A stretch of 32,000 nt of DNA from Erysipelotrichaceae bacterium (lineage in GTDB: Bacteria > Bacillota_I > Bacilli_A > Erysipelotrichales > Erysipelotrichaceae). The stretch is from positions 1,830,001-1,862,000 of the forward strand of contig OY760660.1 in NCBI GenBank assembly GCA_963663995.1. Reading direction: 5' to 3'. Positions 1-8,408 of this stretch are shown in pieces (the stretch's first letter is position 1; every line of letters begins with the position of its first letter). The position numbers and the translations under genes were made by a program. The notes beneath the pieces are model-generated. The model was not told the DNA's origin. It searched no databases and worked only from the letters and a program-made list of their open reading frames with translations.

Positions 1-1513
1 TGATTAATGATTCTTTCTTTTCTATTTTATGTTCTGCTTCTTTAGTAAAAAAGACAGCTGCAAAAACAGGCAAGATAAACATTGCGACAATATATGAGGC
101 TACTAATGAAGTGATAACAACAATTGGAATTGTCGCAACAATATCACCCACAGCTCCAGGTATGAATAAAAGGATACCGAAGGTAATAATGGTAGTTAGA
201 GTGGAAGTAAATACTGGAGCAGCCGTTTCATGAATAGCTGATTCGATAGCTTCTTTCTTAGTGTAATCTTCATTCAGTTTTTGTTGAATAGCATCACTGA
301 CGACAATCGCATTATCAACAAGAATACCTAATGAGACAATCAAAGCCATAATAGAAATAAAGTGAAATTCAATACCAAGAAGATACATGACAAAGAATGT
401 CGCAAATATGGATAAAGGTAAGGCAATAGATACAACAATCGCATTTTTCAGTTTTACACCAATCATTACGACAATAATGATTAAGGCAATTGATTGTAGT
501 AGATTAATGATAAAATCTGTAACGGATTGATCGATATCCTCTGAAGAATAGAGAACTTCATGATATTCAATGTTGGGAGGTAATTCTAATTTAGCTTGAT
601 CGATCACTTTACGGACATCATTGCCAATTAAAACATCATTTACATTGTCACTAAAATACCCAGTTAAAAGAATGGCGCTTTGTCCATCTTGCATATAAGA
701 ATAGCCTTCAGCATAATCAATATAGACGTCGGCAATATCTTTAAGTTGTACAAATCCAATCGTATCTTCGCTACTACCTGCAACAACAATGTTTTCAATA
801 TCTTTTAAAGAAGAGAAGGTTGAAGGCGTATTGACATTTATGATGCCTGACTCATATTGAATAGAACCAGATGGAATCGATAAATTTTGTGCCTTCATTA
901 AGTCGGCAATATTCTCAATTGAAATGTTATAGAGATTTAAGTCATCGATATCAACAACAACATTGACCTGTTTATCTAATTGTCCTTCAATATCAATACG
1001 TTCCACACCATCAACGGCTAATACAGATTCTTTAATTTCTTCTGCATAAGTGACTAAATCCTCTTGGGAATAATCTTCACCTGATAAAGCGATAATAAAT
1101 TGAGGGTTAACAGCTAGGTCAGTTGTTACATTGGGCTCATAAGCCATATCAGGCAATATGCTTTTCACATCATCAATTTTTTGACGAAGTAATGGTAAAA
1201 CTTCATCTGGGTTTGCATCTGTATCAAAAAGTACAACCACCACAGAAGCAGAATTCATAGACATTGAATCTAATGTTTGAATACTTCCTACTTCATTGAC
1301 CGCATCTTCAATTTTTGTGGTAACCATTTTCTCAACTTCTTGTGCGGTTGCCCCAGGATACACGGTGCTGATGATTGCGCCAGGTAAAGAAGTATCAGGA
1401 TTTTCTTGTTTTGGAATGATGTAGTAACTATAAATTCCAGCTAAAACCCATAGACCAAGCAAAATGAAAACAATGACTTTACGCTTGATCATCTCATTGA
1501 TGATTCTAATCAT
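1..1513 (-). CDS. Efflux RND transporter permease subunit (AcrB/SwrC family), N-terminal ~504 aa; continues beyond the window edge
   Basis: Open on the minus strand from ATG 1513-1511 to the window edge, so it is absent from the ORF track. My translation begins MIRIINEMIKRKVIVFILLGLWVLAGIYSYYIIPKQENPDTSLPGAIISTVYPGATAQEVE. Further in it reads MALIVSLGILVDNAIVVSD, which is typical of RND permeases. It has an ATGA start/stop overlap with the adaptor gene at 1510-1513. Confidence 0.85.
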   Translation of the reverse strand, partial: MIRIINEMIKRKVIVFILLGLWVLAGIYSYYIIPKQENPDTSLPGAIISTVYPGATAQEVEKMVTTKIEDAVNEVGSIQTLDSMSMNSASVVVVLFDTDANPDEVLPLLRQKIDDVKSILPDMAYEPNVTTDLAVNPQFIIALSGEDYSQEDLVTYAEEIKESVLAVDGVERIDIEGQLDKQVNVVVDIDDLNLYNISIENIADLMKAQNLSIPSGSIQYESGIINVNTPSTFSSLKDIENIVVAGSSEDTIGFVQLKDIADVYIDYAEGYSYMQDGQSAILLTGYFSDNVNDVLIGNDVRKVIDQAKLELPPNIEYHEVLYSSEDIDQSVTDFIINLLQSIALIIIVVMIGVKLKNAIVVSIALPLSIFATFFVMYLLGIEFHFISIMALIVSLGILVDNAIVVSDAIQQKLNEDYTKKEAIESAIHETAAPVFTSTLTTIITFGILLFIPGAVGDIVATIPIVVITSLVASYIVAMFILPVFAAVFFTKEAEHKIEKKESLI

Positions 1514-2793
1514 TCGCTTATGACCTCAACTAAATTACCAGGTTTAACAGACTTCATGCCACTGGTAATGAGTAAATCACCCGCTTGTAAGCCTTCGACT
1601 AAAACATAATCATTATCAATGTGTTTCGTTATAATAATTTTCTTTTTAACACGATTATCTTTAATAACAAATACATAGTCTTCACCATCATTTTGAATAA
1701 CACGAATTGGAATCCAGATGCCTTGTGTTTTTCCAACATCAATATTTACAACTGAACTCTCACCAATGTAAAAGTTTAATAAGTCTTCAGGAAAGGCAAT
1801 ATTTGTTTCATACGTACGCGAAGATGAGTCTGGAATTCTTGAGATATCTAAAACTTCACCATCAAAGTTTAAATCGCCAATCTTAACATTAGCCGCCATG
1901 CCTGTTTCGACTTTCCGTACATTATCTTGTGAGAGACCAATCGTCACAACAGTTTCAGATGTTCCCAAAACCATTACCGGAATCAGTGGATTTGCGGTTT
2001 CTCCTTCCTCGGCATTTAGGACTAAAACATAACCATCAATATCAGAGTAAAGATAACTGTTGGTGATTTGATCATTAATATTATCGTATTGAGTTTGAGC
2101 TAGACTAGTTTGTGTTTGAGCCGCTTCATAACGCGATTGTGATGCTTGATAGTTCGCATCAGCAATTTCGACTTCTGTGGTTGTGCCATTATCTACTGAG
2201 GCTTGATACTGTTGATCAGCTGCATTATATTCAATCACTGATTGATTATAATCTTGTTGTGCTGAAGTTAGAGCTGCTTGTTCAGTAGTACCAGGGTTGG
2301 CATCATATGCTGCTTGTGCATCGGCAAGGCTTGCTTCATCAGCAATCATTTGATCATAAGCATCATCACGAGTTTGTTTTAATGTAGCTAAATCAACTGC
2401 TTGGGTATCAAGAGCCTTATCATAAGTCGCCTTATCTGCTAACATTTCTTGATAAGCTGCTTCTTCATCAGATTTAGCACTATCAACATTTAATGCTGCC
2501 TCTTCTTTTGTAGCTTCTAAATCGCTTGTATCTTGTTTCGCAAGCAATTGATTGACCTTAACTTTGTCACCTTCTTCAACATAAATCTTTTCAACGGTCG
2601 CAAGATTATCAAATGTTTTCTGAACCATTTTTTCTGGTTGAAGAATTCCCACATACTTAACAAACTCAGTTCTTTCTTCTAAAACTAAGTATTGAGCTTT
2701 AACAGGGTAGATGGTTTCTACATATTCTTCTTCAACTTCATTTGCGCAAGAAGTTAAAAATAGGATGGACAGTAAACAAATTAATTTTTTCAT
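1510..2793 (-). CDS. Efflux RND transporter periplasmic adaptor (HlyD/MFP family) lipoprotein
   Basis: ORF 1510..2856 trimmed to ATG 2793-2791, which is preceded by AGAGGA. The N-terminus MKKLICLLSILFLTSCANE is a lipoprotein signal peptide with lipobox LTSC. A long Q/A/D/T-rich coiled-coil hairpin and a C-terminal beta domain follow. The stop overlaps the RND permease start. Confidence 0.85.
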   Translation of the reverse strand: MKKLICLLSILFLTSCANEVEEEYVETIYPVKAQYLVLEERTEFVKYVGILQPEKMVQKTFDNLATVEKIYVEEGDKVKVNQLLAKQDTSDLEATKEEAALNVDSAKSDEEAAYQEMLADKATYDKALDTQAVDLATLKQTRDDAYDQMIADEASLADAQAAYDANPGTTEQAALTSAQQDYNQSVIEYNAADQQYQASVDNGTTTEVEIADANYQASQSRYEAAQTQTSLAQTQYDNINDQITNSYLYSDIDGYVLVLNAEEGETANPLIPVMVLGTSETVVTIGLSQDNVRKVETGMAANVKIGDLNFDGEVLDISRIPDSSSRTYETNIAFPEDLLNFYIGESSVVNIDVGKTQGIWIPIRVIQNDGEDYVFVIKDNRVKKKIIITKHIDNDYVLVEGLQAGDLLITSGMKSVKPGNLVEVISE

Positions 2794-2814
2794 ATATTCC
2801 TCTATAATAAATAA

Positions 2815-2857
2815 ACACTCGTTCATTATTTCTAATATTAGTATACACCTGTTCATT
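2815..2857. repeat. Two 13-nt direct repeats (ACACTCGTTCATT at 2815-2827 and ACACCTGTTCATT at 2845-2857, 11/13 identical) flanking the 10-bp palindrome CTAATATTAG (2832-2841), in the adaptor/RND promoter region
   Basis: Read directly from the sequence. The repeat starts are 30 bp apart. The upstream copy on the minus strand abuts a candidate -10 TATACT (plus 2840-2845). Confidence 0.5.
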
Positions 2858-2877
2858 TATTTTTTAACAAAATATTT

Positions 2878-2905
2878 TCAAAAAAAGAACCTATTTCTAG
2901 GTTCT
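2878..2905 (-). terminator. Rho-independent terminator after gcvPB
   Basis: On the minus strand the hairpin is AGAACCTA-GAAA-TAGGTTCT (8-bp stem, plus 2886-2905) followed by a run of 7 U (plus A-run 2880-2886). It overlaps the gcvPB stop codon. Confidence 0.8.
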
Positions 2906-4334
2906 ACTTGTATTGATAACTCAAAATTGGATGACGAGCTGCTTGGGTATCATTTACCCGTGATACCGGAGTCTTAAATGGAGCGTTGATTAAACTTTCT
3001 GGATTTTCAAAAGCTTTCTCTTTCAGTTGAATCAATACTTCAATAAACTGATCCATCGTCTCTTTACTTTCAGTTTCAGTTGGTTCAATCATTAGTGCTT
3101 CATGCACTATGAGTGGAAAGTACATGGTTGGTGGATGCATCTCATAATCTAAGAGTGCTTTACATATATCCTTAGCACTTACACCTGTTTGTTTTTTAAG
3201 TTCTTCAAGGGATAAAACAAACTCATGCATACAGTTATGTGGATAAGCGACAGTGAAGTGTTTTTCTAATTTTTTCATCATGTAGTTTGCATTTAAAACA
3301 GCGATTTCACTGGCCTCTTTTAAGCCATCTGAGCCTAAGGATTTGATATACGTATAAGCACGAACATTGACTAAGAAGTTTCCATAGAAGGAACGCAAAC
3401 GACCAATGCTCAAATCATTCTCTTCGATAAAACTTAAATCGTCTTTTAAAGAACCAATTGGTAAGAAAGGTTTTAATATTTCTTTGCATCCAACCGGACC
3501 ACTACCTGGTCCACCACCACCATGTGGGGTAGAGAAGGTTTTATGTAAGTTAAGGTGTATGACATCAAAACCCATATCGCCAGGTCTGGCGGTTCCCATA
3601 ATGGCATTTAGATTAGCACCATCATAATAGAGTAAACCACCTACATCATGAACCATTTTAGAAATGGTTAAGATATTTGGATCAAATAAACCAAGAGTAT
3701 TTGGGTTTGTTAACATGAGTGCTGCAACTTCATCGTCTAAGACTTCAGCTAAAGCTTCAATATCAACGCCCCCTTGTGCATTTGATTTAACGGAAACGAC
3801 TGAATATCCAGCCATATTTGCAGAAGCAGGATTAGTACCATGGGCTGAATCAGGCACAATCACTTTCGTCCTTTTTTGATCGTTACGAGAAGCGTGATAA
3901 GCTTCAATCATTAATAAACCAGTAAATTCACCTTGTGCACCTGCTGCAGGTTGTAAGGTGAAAGCATCCATACCTGTAATTGCTTGAAGAGAAGTATCTA
4001 ATTCTCTCATTAATTTTCGAGCACCTTCTGTTGATTTGAATGGGGCAAGGGGATGGATATTTGCAAATCCATCTAAAGAAGCAGTCAGTTCATTTAATTT
4101 AGGATTGTATTTCATCGTACATGATCCTAAAGGATAAAAACCATTATCAACTCCAAAGGATTTACGTGATAAGTCCATATAGTGTCGAACTAAATCAACT
4201 TCACCAACTTCAGCTAATCGAGCTTGGACGGTTCTACGATATTTTGAATCTAATTCAATGTTTTGTACTTCAGATGCATCAAATGTCACACAACGACGAC
4301 CTTTGACACTTCTTTCAAAGATTAATTGACTCAT
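2904..4334 (-). CDS. gcvPB: Glycine dehydrogenase (decarboxylating) subunit 2, P-protein C-terminal subunit
   Basis: 476 aa. Contains PLGSCTMKYNP and the PLP-lysine region HLNLHKTFSTPHGGGGPG. SD GAAGGAGG lies upstream. Position in the gcv operon fits. Confidence 0.95.
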   Translation of the reverse strand: MSQLIFERSVKGRRCVTFDASEVQNIELDSKYRRTVQARLAEVGEVDLVRHYMDLSRKSFGVDNGFYPLGSCTMKYNPKLNELTASLDGFANIHPLAPFKSTEGARKLMRELDTSLQAITGMDAFTLQPAAGAQGEFTGLLMIEAYHASRNDQKRTKVIVPDSAHGTNPASANMAGYSVVSVKSNAQGGVDIEALAEVLDDEVAALMLTNPNTLGLFDPNILTISKMVHDVGGLLYYDGANLNAIMGTARPGDMGFDVIHLNLHKTFSTPHGGGGPGSGPVGCKEILKPFLPIGSLKDDLSFIEENDLSIGRLRSFYGNFLVNVRAYTYIKSLGSDGLKEASEIAVLNANYMMKKLEKHFTVAYPHNCMHEFVLSLEELKKQTGVSAKDICKALLDYEMHPPTMYFPLIVHEALMIEPTETESKETMDQFIEVLIQLKEKAFENPESLINAPFKTPVSRVNDTQAARHPILSYQYK

Positions 4335-5650
4335 AGAACCTCCTTCAATGTACTAATAACTTCATCACATTGTGCTTTACTGATAGCCTCGGTAACACAC
4401 CATAACATTTCTTTTTCATTCAGCACAAACCCAGATAAAATATTAGCTTGATCTAAAACTTCTTCGATTCTATCAGCAGATAAACGTGGATGACTGGTCA
4501 CAAATTCGTGAAAGAATTCATCTTTGTGGACTCTTTCAAATCCAATTTTTGCGAGTTCGCTTTGTAGATAATGAGCCATATTTAATGAATTTTGCGCAAC
4601 TTCAGCTAAGCCTTGAGGTCCAAGGGCTGTTAAATACATTGATGCGATTAAAGCCATTAAAGCTTGATTTGAACAAAGGGAAGATGAAGCTTTTTCCCGA
4701 CGTATATGTTGTTCACGAGCTTGCAGGGTGAGTGCGTATGCTCTTCTTCCTTCACTATCGATTGTTTCTCCAGCAATTCGTCCAGGAATACGACGTACAA
4801 GTTCTGAAGAGGCAGCCATAAAGCCTAAGTAGGGTCCACCAAAGGATAGGGGAATTCCTAAAACTTGTGCTTCACCGACAGCAATATCAGCTCCACATGT
4901 GCGTGGACTTTTAATTAATCCTAAAGTCATTGGATTAACAATGGAAATGACTTTAGATCCATTTGCATGAGCTAAACGAGATAGTTCTTCTAAATCTTCT
5001 AATAAGCCAAAGTAATTAGGTTGTTGAACACATATTCCCGCAACATTCTCATTGAGTTTTGCTTGTAGATCATCTTCATCAATAAGTCCATCTTTAACAT
5101 TGATTTCAATGAGTTCAATATCAGATTGAAATTGAGTATAGGTTTTAATTGTACTTAAATAGTGAGGGTTAGTATTTGCAGGGATCAAAACTTGATGACG
5201 CTTACGCTCGATAACCATACCAATGGCTTCTGCACAAGCAGATGCCCCATCATAGATAGAAGCATTTGAAACATCCATACCCGTAAGTTCACAGATAGCT
5301 GTTTGATATTCAAAAATCGATTGTAAGATCCCTTGTGAAAACTCAGATTGATAAGGTGTATAAGCACTGACGAATTCTTCTCTTCGACTCATGTGTTTAA
5401 CCACCGAAGGAATCAAATGAAGTTCTGCACCTGCACCTCTTAAAATGGTTTTATAAATTTTGTTTTGAGCAGCTAATGCTTTGAGATCTTCAAGAACTTT
5501 AAATTCGCTAAGACCTTTTTCAAGTTTTAAATCTTCTTTTAAGATTAAACTTTGAGGAAGGTCAGCATAGAGTTGATCAAGGGATTGGATCCCAATTGTC
5601 TCCATCATTTCCTTGAGTTCTTTATCTGTATGTAATGTATACTTTGGCAT
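4331..5650 (-). CDS. gcvPA: Glycine dehydrogenase (decarboxylating) subunit 1, P-protein N-terminal subunit
   Basis: 439 aa. Family-typical sequence includes YTPYQSEFSQG and ASIYDGASA. It overlaps gcvPB by 4 nt and starts 1 nt after the gcvH stop. Confidence 0.95.
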   Translation of the reverse strand: MPKYTLHTDKELKEMMETIGIQSLDQLYADLPQSLILKEDLKLEKGLSEFKVLEDLKALAAQNKIYKTILRGAGAELHLIPSVVKHMSRREEFVSAYTPYQSEFSQGILQSIFEYQTAICELTGMDVSNASIYDGASACAEAIGMVIERKRHQVLIPANTNPHYLSTIKTYTQFQSDIELIEINVKDGLIDEDDLQAKLNENVAGICVQQPNYFGLLEDLEELSRLAHANGSKVISIVNPMTLGLIKSPRTCGADIAVGEAQVLGIPLSFGGPYLGFMAASSELVRRIPGRIAGETIDSEGRRAYALTLQAREQHIRREKASSSLCSNQALMALIASMYLTALGPQGLAEVAQNSLNMAHYLQSELAKIGFERVHKDEFFHEFVTSHPRLSADRIEEVLDQANILSGFVLNEKEMLWCVTEAISKAQCDEVISTLKEVL

Positions 5651-5651
5651 A

Positions 5652-6011
5652 TTAATCTTGTGCCGATTCTAAGTAAGCTGCTTCATCCATTAATTGTGAT
5701 GAATCTAAATTGCCTTTAACTTTCATAATCCATGTCCCATTCGCATCTTGATTGATTTTTTCTGGTTCATCTTCTAAGGCTGTATTTACTTCAACAACTT
5801 CACCACTCACTGGTGAAAAGAGTTCTGATACAGCTTTTACAGATTCAACATCACCAAAGGTTTCACCAAAAACTACTTGTGATCCAACTTCTGGTAAGGA
5901 AATATAGACTATATCTCCGAGTGCATGTTGAGCATGATCGGAAATACCTACTTCTACTAATCCTTCGTTTTCTTGGGCCCATTCATGGGATTCTGCATAA
6001 TATTTAGTCAT
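5652..6011 (-). CDS. gcvH: Glycine cleavage system H protein (lipoyl carrier)
   Basis: 119 aa. Lipoyl-lysine motif ESVKAVSELFSPVSGEV. SD AAGGAGA lies upstream. Confidence 0.95.
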   Translation of the reverse strand: MTKYYAESHEWAQENEGLVEVGISDHAQHALGDIVYISLPEVGSQVVFGETFGDVESVKAVSELFSPVSGEVVEVNTALEDEPEKINQDANGTWIMKVKGNLDSSQLMDEAAYLESAQD

Positions 6012-6025
6012 TTGTTTCTCCTTGT

Positions 6026-7093
6026 TTAACGTTTATAGAACGGAAGTTTAGCTTTTTGTGCTTTTAACTTACGATTTCTAACTTCAATTTCAAATTCATT
6101 TTCCTTAAATACTTTTTCATCAACTAAAGCCATCGCAATCGCTTTTCCTAAAGTAGGCGAGTGAGTCCCAGAACTAATAACTCCAACCTCATTGCCTTGA
6201 TAGAAGACTTTATAACCTTCACGTGCGATTCCACGATCAAGCATTTCTAAACCGATTCTTCGTCTTAATAGAGGTTTCTCTAAAGCACTTTGGGCAATAA
6301 AGGATTCCTTATCTAACTTAACAAATCGTTTTAGTCCAGCTTCAAGAGGATTGATGCTTTCAGATAACTCATGTCCATAGAGTGGCATTGCTGCTTCAAG
6401 TCTTAATGTATCTCTTGCGCCTAAACCACAAGCTTCTAGACCCTCATCAACACCAATTTTTAATAAGCGTTCCCACATTTTTGTGGTATCAGTAGATTGA
6501 GTATATATCTCAAATCCATCTTCACCGGTATAACCTGTTCTTGAGATTATGCAGTTCATATCATCGATATTGACATCTTGTTTAAAACTATAATAATCAC
6601 TTGGAATCTGATCAGTTAACTTCGCCAGTATTTTTTCTGATTGTGGGCCTTGTAAAGCAATTTGTCCAAAATCATCACTGCAGTTATTAAATTCAACTTC
6701 TCCAAACATTTTTGATTGAATATAGGCAAAGTCTTTTTCAATATTAGAGGCATTAACGACCCATAAATATTTAAATTCTGATAGACGATATATGAGCACA
6801 TCATCAACAGCACAGCCATTTTCATAAACTAGCACACCATAGCGGATATTATTAATGGCTAAGTCAGTGAAATCATTCGTGACTAAGTAATTAATATTCG
6901 CCAAAGCATCTTTCCCCTCAAGAGTAAATTCTCCCATATGGGAAACATCAAATAATCCTGCTTTTTCACGAACAATTGTATGTTCGTGGATGATTCCATT
7001 TTCATACTGAATCGGCATATAAAATCCAGCGAACGAAACCATTTTTCCACCATGTGTCTCATGCCACAAAGCTAAGGGTGTTTTCTTATCCAT
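6026..7093 (-). CDS. gcvT: Aminomethyltransferase (glycine cleavage T protein)
   Basis: ORF 6026..7108 trimmed to ATG 7093-7091, which is preceded by GAGAGGAGAAACG. 355 aa with FDVSHMGEF and ARDTLRLEAAMPLYGHEL. Confidence 0.95.
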   Translation of the reverse strand: MDKKTPLALWHETHGGKMVSFAGFYMPIQYENGIIHEHTIVREKAGLFDVSHMGEFTLEGKDALANINYLVTNDFTDLAINNIRYGVLVYENGCAVDDVLIYRLSEFKYLWVVNASNIEKDFAYIQSKMFGEVEFNNCSDDFGQIALQGPQSEKILAKLTDQIPSDYYSFKQDVNIDDMNCIISRTGYTGEDGFEIYTQSTDTTKMWERLLKIGVDEGLEACGLGARDTLRLEAAMPLYGHELSESINPLEAGLKRFVKLDKESFIAQSALEKPLLRRRIGLEMLDRGIAREGYKVFYQGNEVGVISSGTHSPTLGKAIAMALVDEKVFKENEFEIEVRNRKLKAQKAKLPFYKR

Positions 7094-7111
7094 CGTTTCT
7101 CCTCTCAAAAT

Positions 7112-7290
7112 AAAAAGCGCCTCAAAAAATTGATGCGCCTTCGTCTTTTTACCTGAAAGATTCTCTTACGATTGCTTCTTCGGTGGATTGACTCTCTCTA
7201 CGAAGTGTGTCCAAAACCGGTCCTTTTGCCTGAGCGTTAGCTGCGCGTATGCGCCTTCGGCGTCTTATCTTCATAAGATCTCTCCCGGTT
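7112..7290 (-). promoter_or_regulatory. Tandem glycine riboswitch (two aptamers plus terminator-type expression platform) controlling gcvT-H-PA-PB
   Basis: Read on the minus strand. Aptamer 1 is GGGAGAG...CGCCGAAGGCGCA...CTCAGGCAAAAGGACCGG (about 7288-7217). Aptamer 2 is AGAGAGAG...CACCGAAGAAGCAA...CTTTCAGGTAAAAAGACGAAGG (about 7200-7141). The aptamer-2 P1 strands CTTCGT/ACGAAG overlap the 5' arm of a weak hairpin AAGGCGC...GCGCUUU followed by a U-run just before the gcvT SD. This matches the known ON-switch logic. Confidence 0.9.
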
Positions 7291-7311
7291 TCTTCATCCT
7301 TATTAGTTCTT

Positions 7312-7338
7312 ATTATACATAAAAAACATTTATGTCAA
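7312..7338 (-). promoter_or_regulatory. Sigma-A-type promoter for the glycine riboswitch/gcv operon
   Basis: On the minus strand, TTGACA (plus 7338-7333), a 15-nt spacer, then TATAAT (plus 7317-7312) with TG immediately upstream. It sits about 20 nt ahead of the first aptamer. The spacer is short, so the exact hexamer choice is uncertain. Confidence 0.55.
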
Positions 7339-7378
7339 TGCACAAAAGATAATATTGATATACTTTTAAAGAAACTTG

Positions 7379-7394
7379 TGTTATATTTTTGCCC
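7379..7394 (+). promoter_or_regulatory. Extended -10 promoter (TGtTATATT) placed 7 nt before the ATG of the glutaredoxin-like gene; candidate leaderless start
   Basis: TG at 7379-7380, TATATT at 7382-7387, ATG at 7395. No SD-like sequence lies between them (TTTGCCC). Confidence 0.4.
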
Positions 7395-7667
7395 ATGAAA
7401 AGAATTGAGTTAGAACTCTTCATCCTTGAGATGTGTCCATACTGTATTAAAGTGCAGCAATTTCTAAAAGAGCTACTTCAGGAAGAAAAATATTCACAGA
7501 TAAGCATAAAGGAAATCGATGAGAGAATCGAAAGAGATTATGCAAATGCGCACGACTATTATCTAGTCCCTACTTTTTACTGCCAAGATGAAAAACTCTT
7601 AGAAGGACGAATGGGGAAAGAAGATGTTAGACGTGTCTTGGATATGGCTCTCACTAAATGTGTCTAA
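7395..7667 (+). CDS. Glutaredoxin/thioredoxin-fold small redox protein (CPYC active site)
   Basis: ORF 7389..7667 trimmed from the TTG to the ATG at 7395. 90 aa. MKRIELELFILEMCPYCIKVQQFL carries the CPYC motif at the end of beta-1, as in glutaredoxins/NrdH. Confidence 0.75.
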   Translation: MKRIELELFILEMCPYCIKVQQFLKELLQEEKYSQISIKEIDERIERDYANAHDYYLVPTFYCQDEKLLEGRMGKEDVRRVLDMALTKCV

Positions 7668-7698
7668 AGAAAAGCTAGTTCAATGAACTAGCTTTTAA
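7668..7698. terminator. Bidirectional rho-independent terminator between convergent genes
   Basis: Perfect inverted repeat AAAAGCTAGTTC (7670-7681) / GAACTAGCTTTT (7685-7696), with an A-run on one side and a T-run on the other. It overlaps the stop of the 7695..8345 gene. Confidence 0.85.
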
Positions 7699-8345
7699 AA
7701 TATCCAAATCGTATAGAGTAATGCGGTTAAGATCGGAATAAATAAATTATCTAAACCATGTGGGGAAATAGCTTCCGTTAGAGTTGACAATAATGCCAGT
7801 GCTAAAATACAGTCTAAGGCCTCTATGCCATTCATAAGGGTTAAATATAAATATAGAACAATGATAACTGAGAAAAACATTGTTAGTGATCCTTCAACAC
7901 TTTTGGATCCCTTAAAAATTGTATATTGATGTTTACCAAACTTCATTCCAATGGCTGATGCAAGTCCATCACCATAACCTAAACACAAGATACCAACCCC
8001 AGCAATCAATTGGCTTGCTGAACTATCGTAAGTAAAATAAATAAGTAACATCATCGCTAAGTAAGTATATAAGAAACCAAAACGACTACTTTCAGATGCG
8101 CTAGATATTTGTGGAAATAGAACCATATAGTTATTGATTAAATAAAAGAGGTAAAGAAGTGCTGGAATGCTTAAGGCAATGAGTTTATCACTAATGATCA
8201 ACTGCGCCAAGATATACCAGTTAGCGCTCATGATATGAATAAAGAGTCGAGGGTATTCAGCATTCTTTGTTTTGAGTTTTATGGCAATAAAAAAGATGCC
8301 TAAAAAATATAAAATGGATATAAAAAAACCAAGTAAATTATTCAC
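7695..8345 (-). CDS. Polytopic membrane protein of the CTP-dependent polyprenol/dolichol/phytol kinase (CdsA-like, COG0170) family
   Basis: 216 aa and highly hydrophobic. Family motif GYGDGLASAIGMKFGKHQY...KSVEGSLTMF. GTG start at 8345-8343, preceded by AAGGAG. Confidence 0.7.
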   Translation of the reverse strand: MNNLLGFFISILYFLGIFFIAIKLKTKNAEYPRLFIHIMSANWYILAQLIISDKLIALSIPALLYLFYLINNYMVLFPQISSASESSRFGFLYTYLAMMLLIYFTYDSSASQLIAGVGILCLGYGDGLASAIGMKFGKHQYTIFKGSKSVEGSLTMFFSVIIVLYLYLTLMNGIEALDCILALALLSTLTEAISPHGLDNLFIPILTALLYTIWIF

Positions 8346-8379
8346 GGTATAGACTCCTTTTTAATTTGCGTGCGAACAT

Positions 8380-8408
8380 ATTATACTTTTGCACACTATA
8401 AGGGTCAA
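8380..8408 (-). promoter_or_regulatory. Sigma-A-type promoter for the 7695..8345 gene, overlapping the 3' end of rlmA
   Basis: On the minus strand, TTGACC (plus 8408-8403), exactly 17 nt, then TATAAT (plus 8385-8380). Confidence 0.65.

Noticed and set aside
1900-2500. Recurrent x-x-Tyr-x motifs (AAYQEM, ATYDKA, DAYDQM, AAYDAN, QDYNQS, IEYNAA, QQYQAS, ANYQAS, SRYEAA, TQYDNI) in the adaptor coiled coil, considered as a possible tandem repeat.
   Set aside because: The Tyr spacing is irregular (7 to 22 residues) and the DNA shows no true tandem repeat. It is consistent with an ordinary long alpha-helical hairpin of an MFP adaptor.
2794-2856. N-terminal extensions of ORF-track ORFs: 1510..2856, 6026..7108, 13811..14431, 17608..18549, 18784..19470, 21565..22107 and 25010..25615.
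   Set aside because: In each case an internal ATG has a proper SD or a promoter-adjacent geometry, and yields a sensible N-terminus (lipoprotein signal peptides, family-typical starts). The extensions cover promoters, terminators or a riboswitch.
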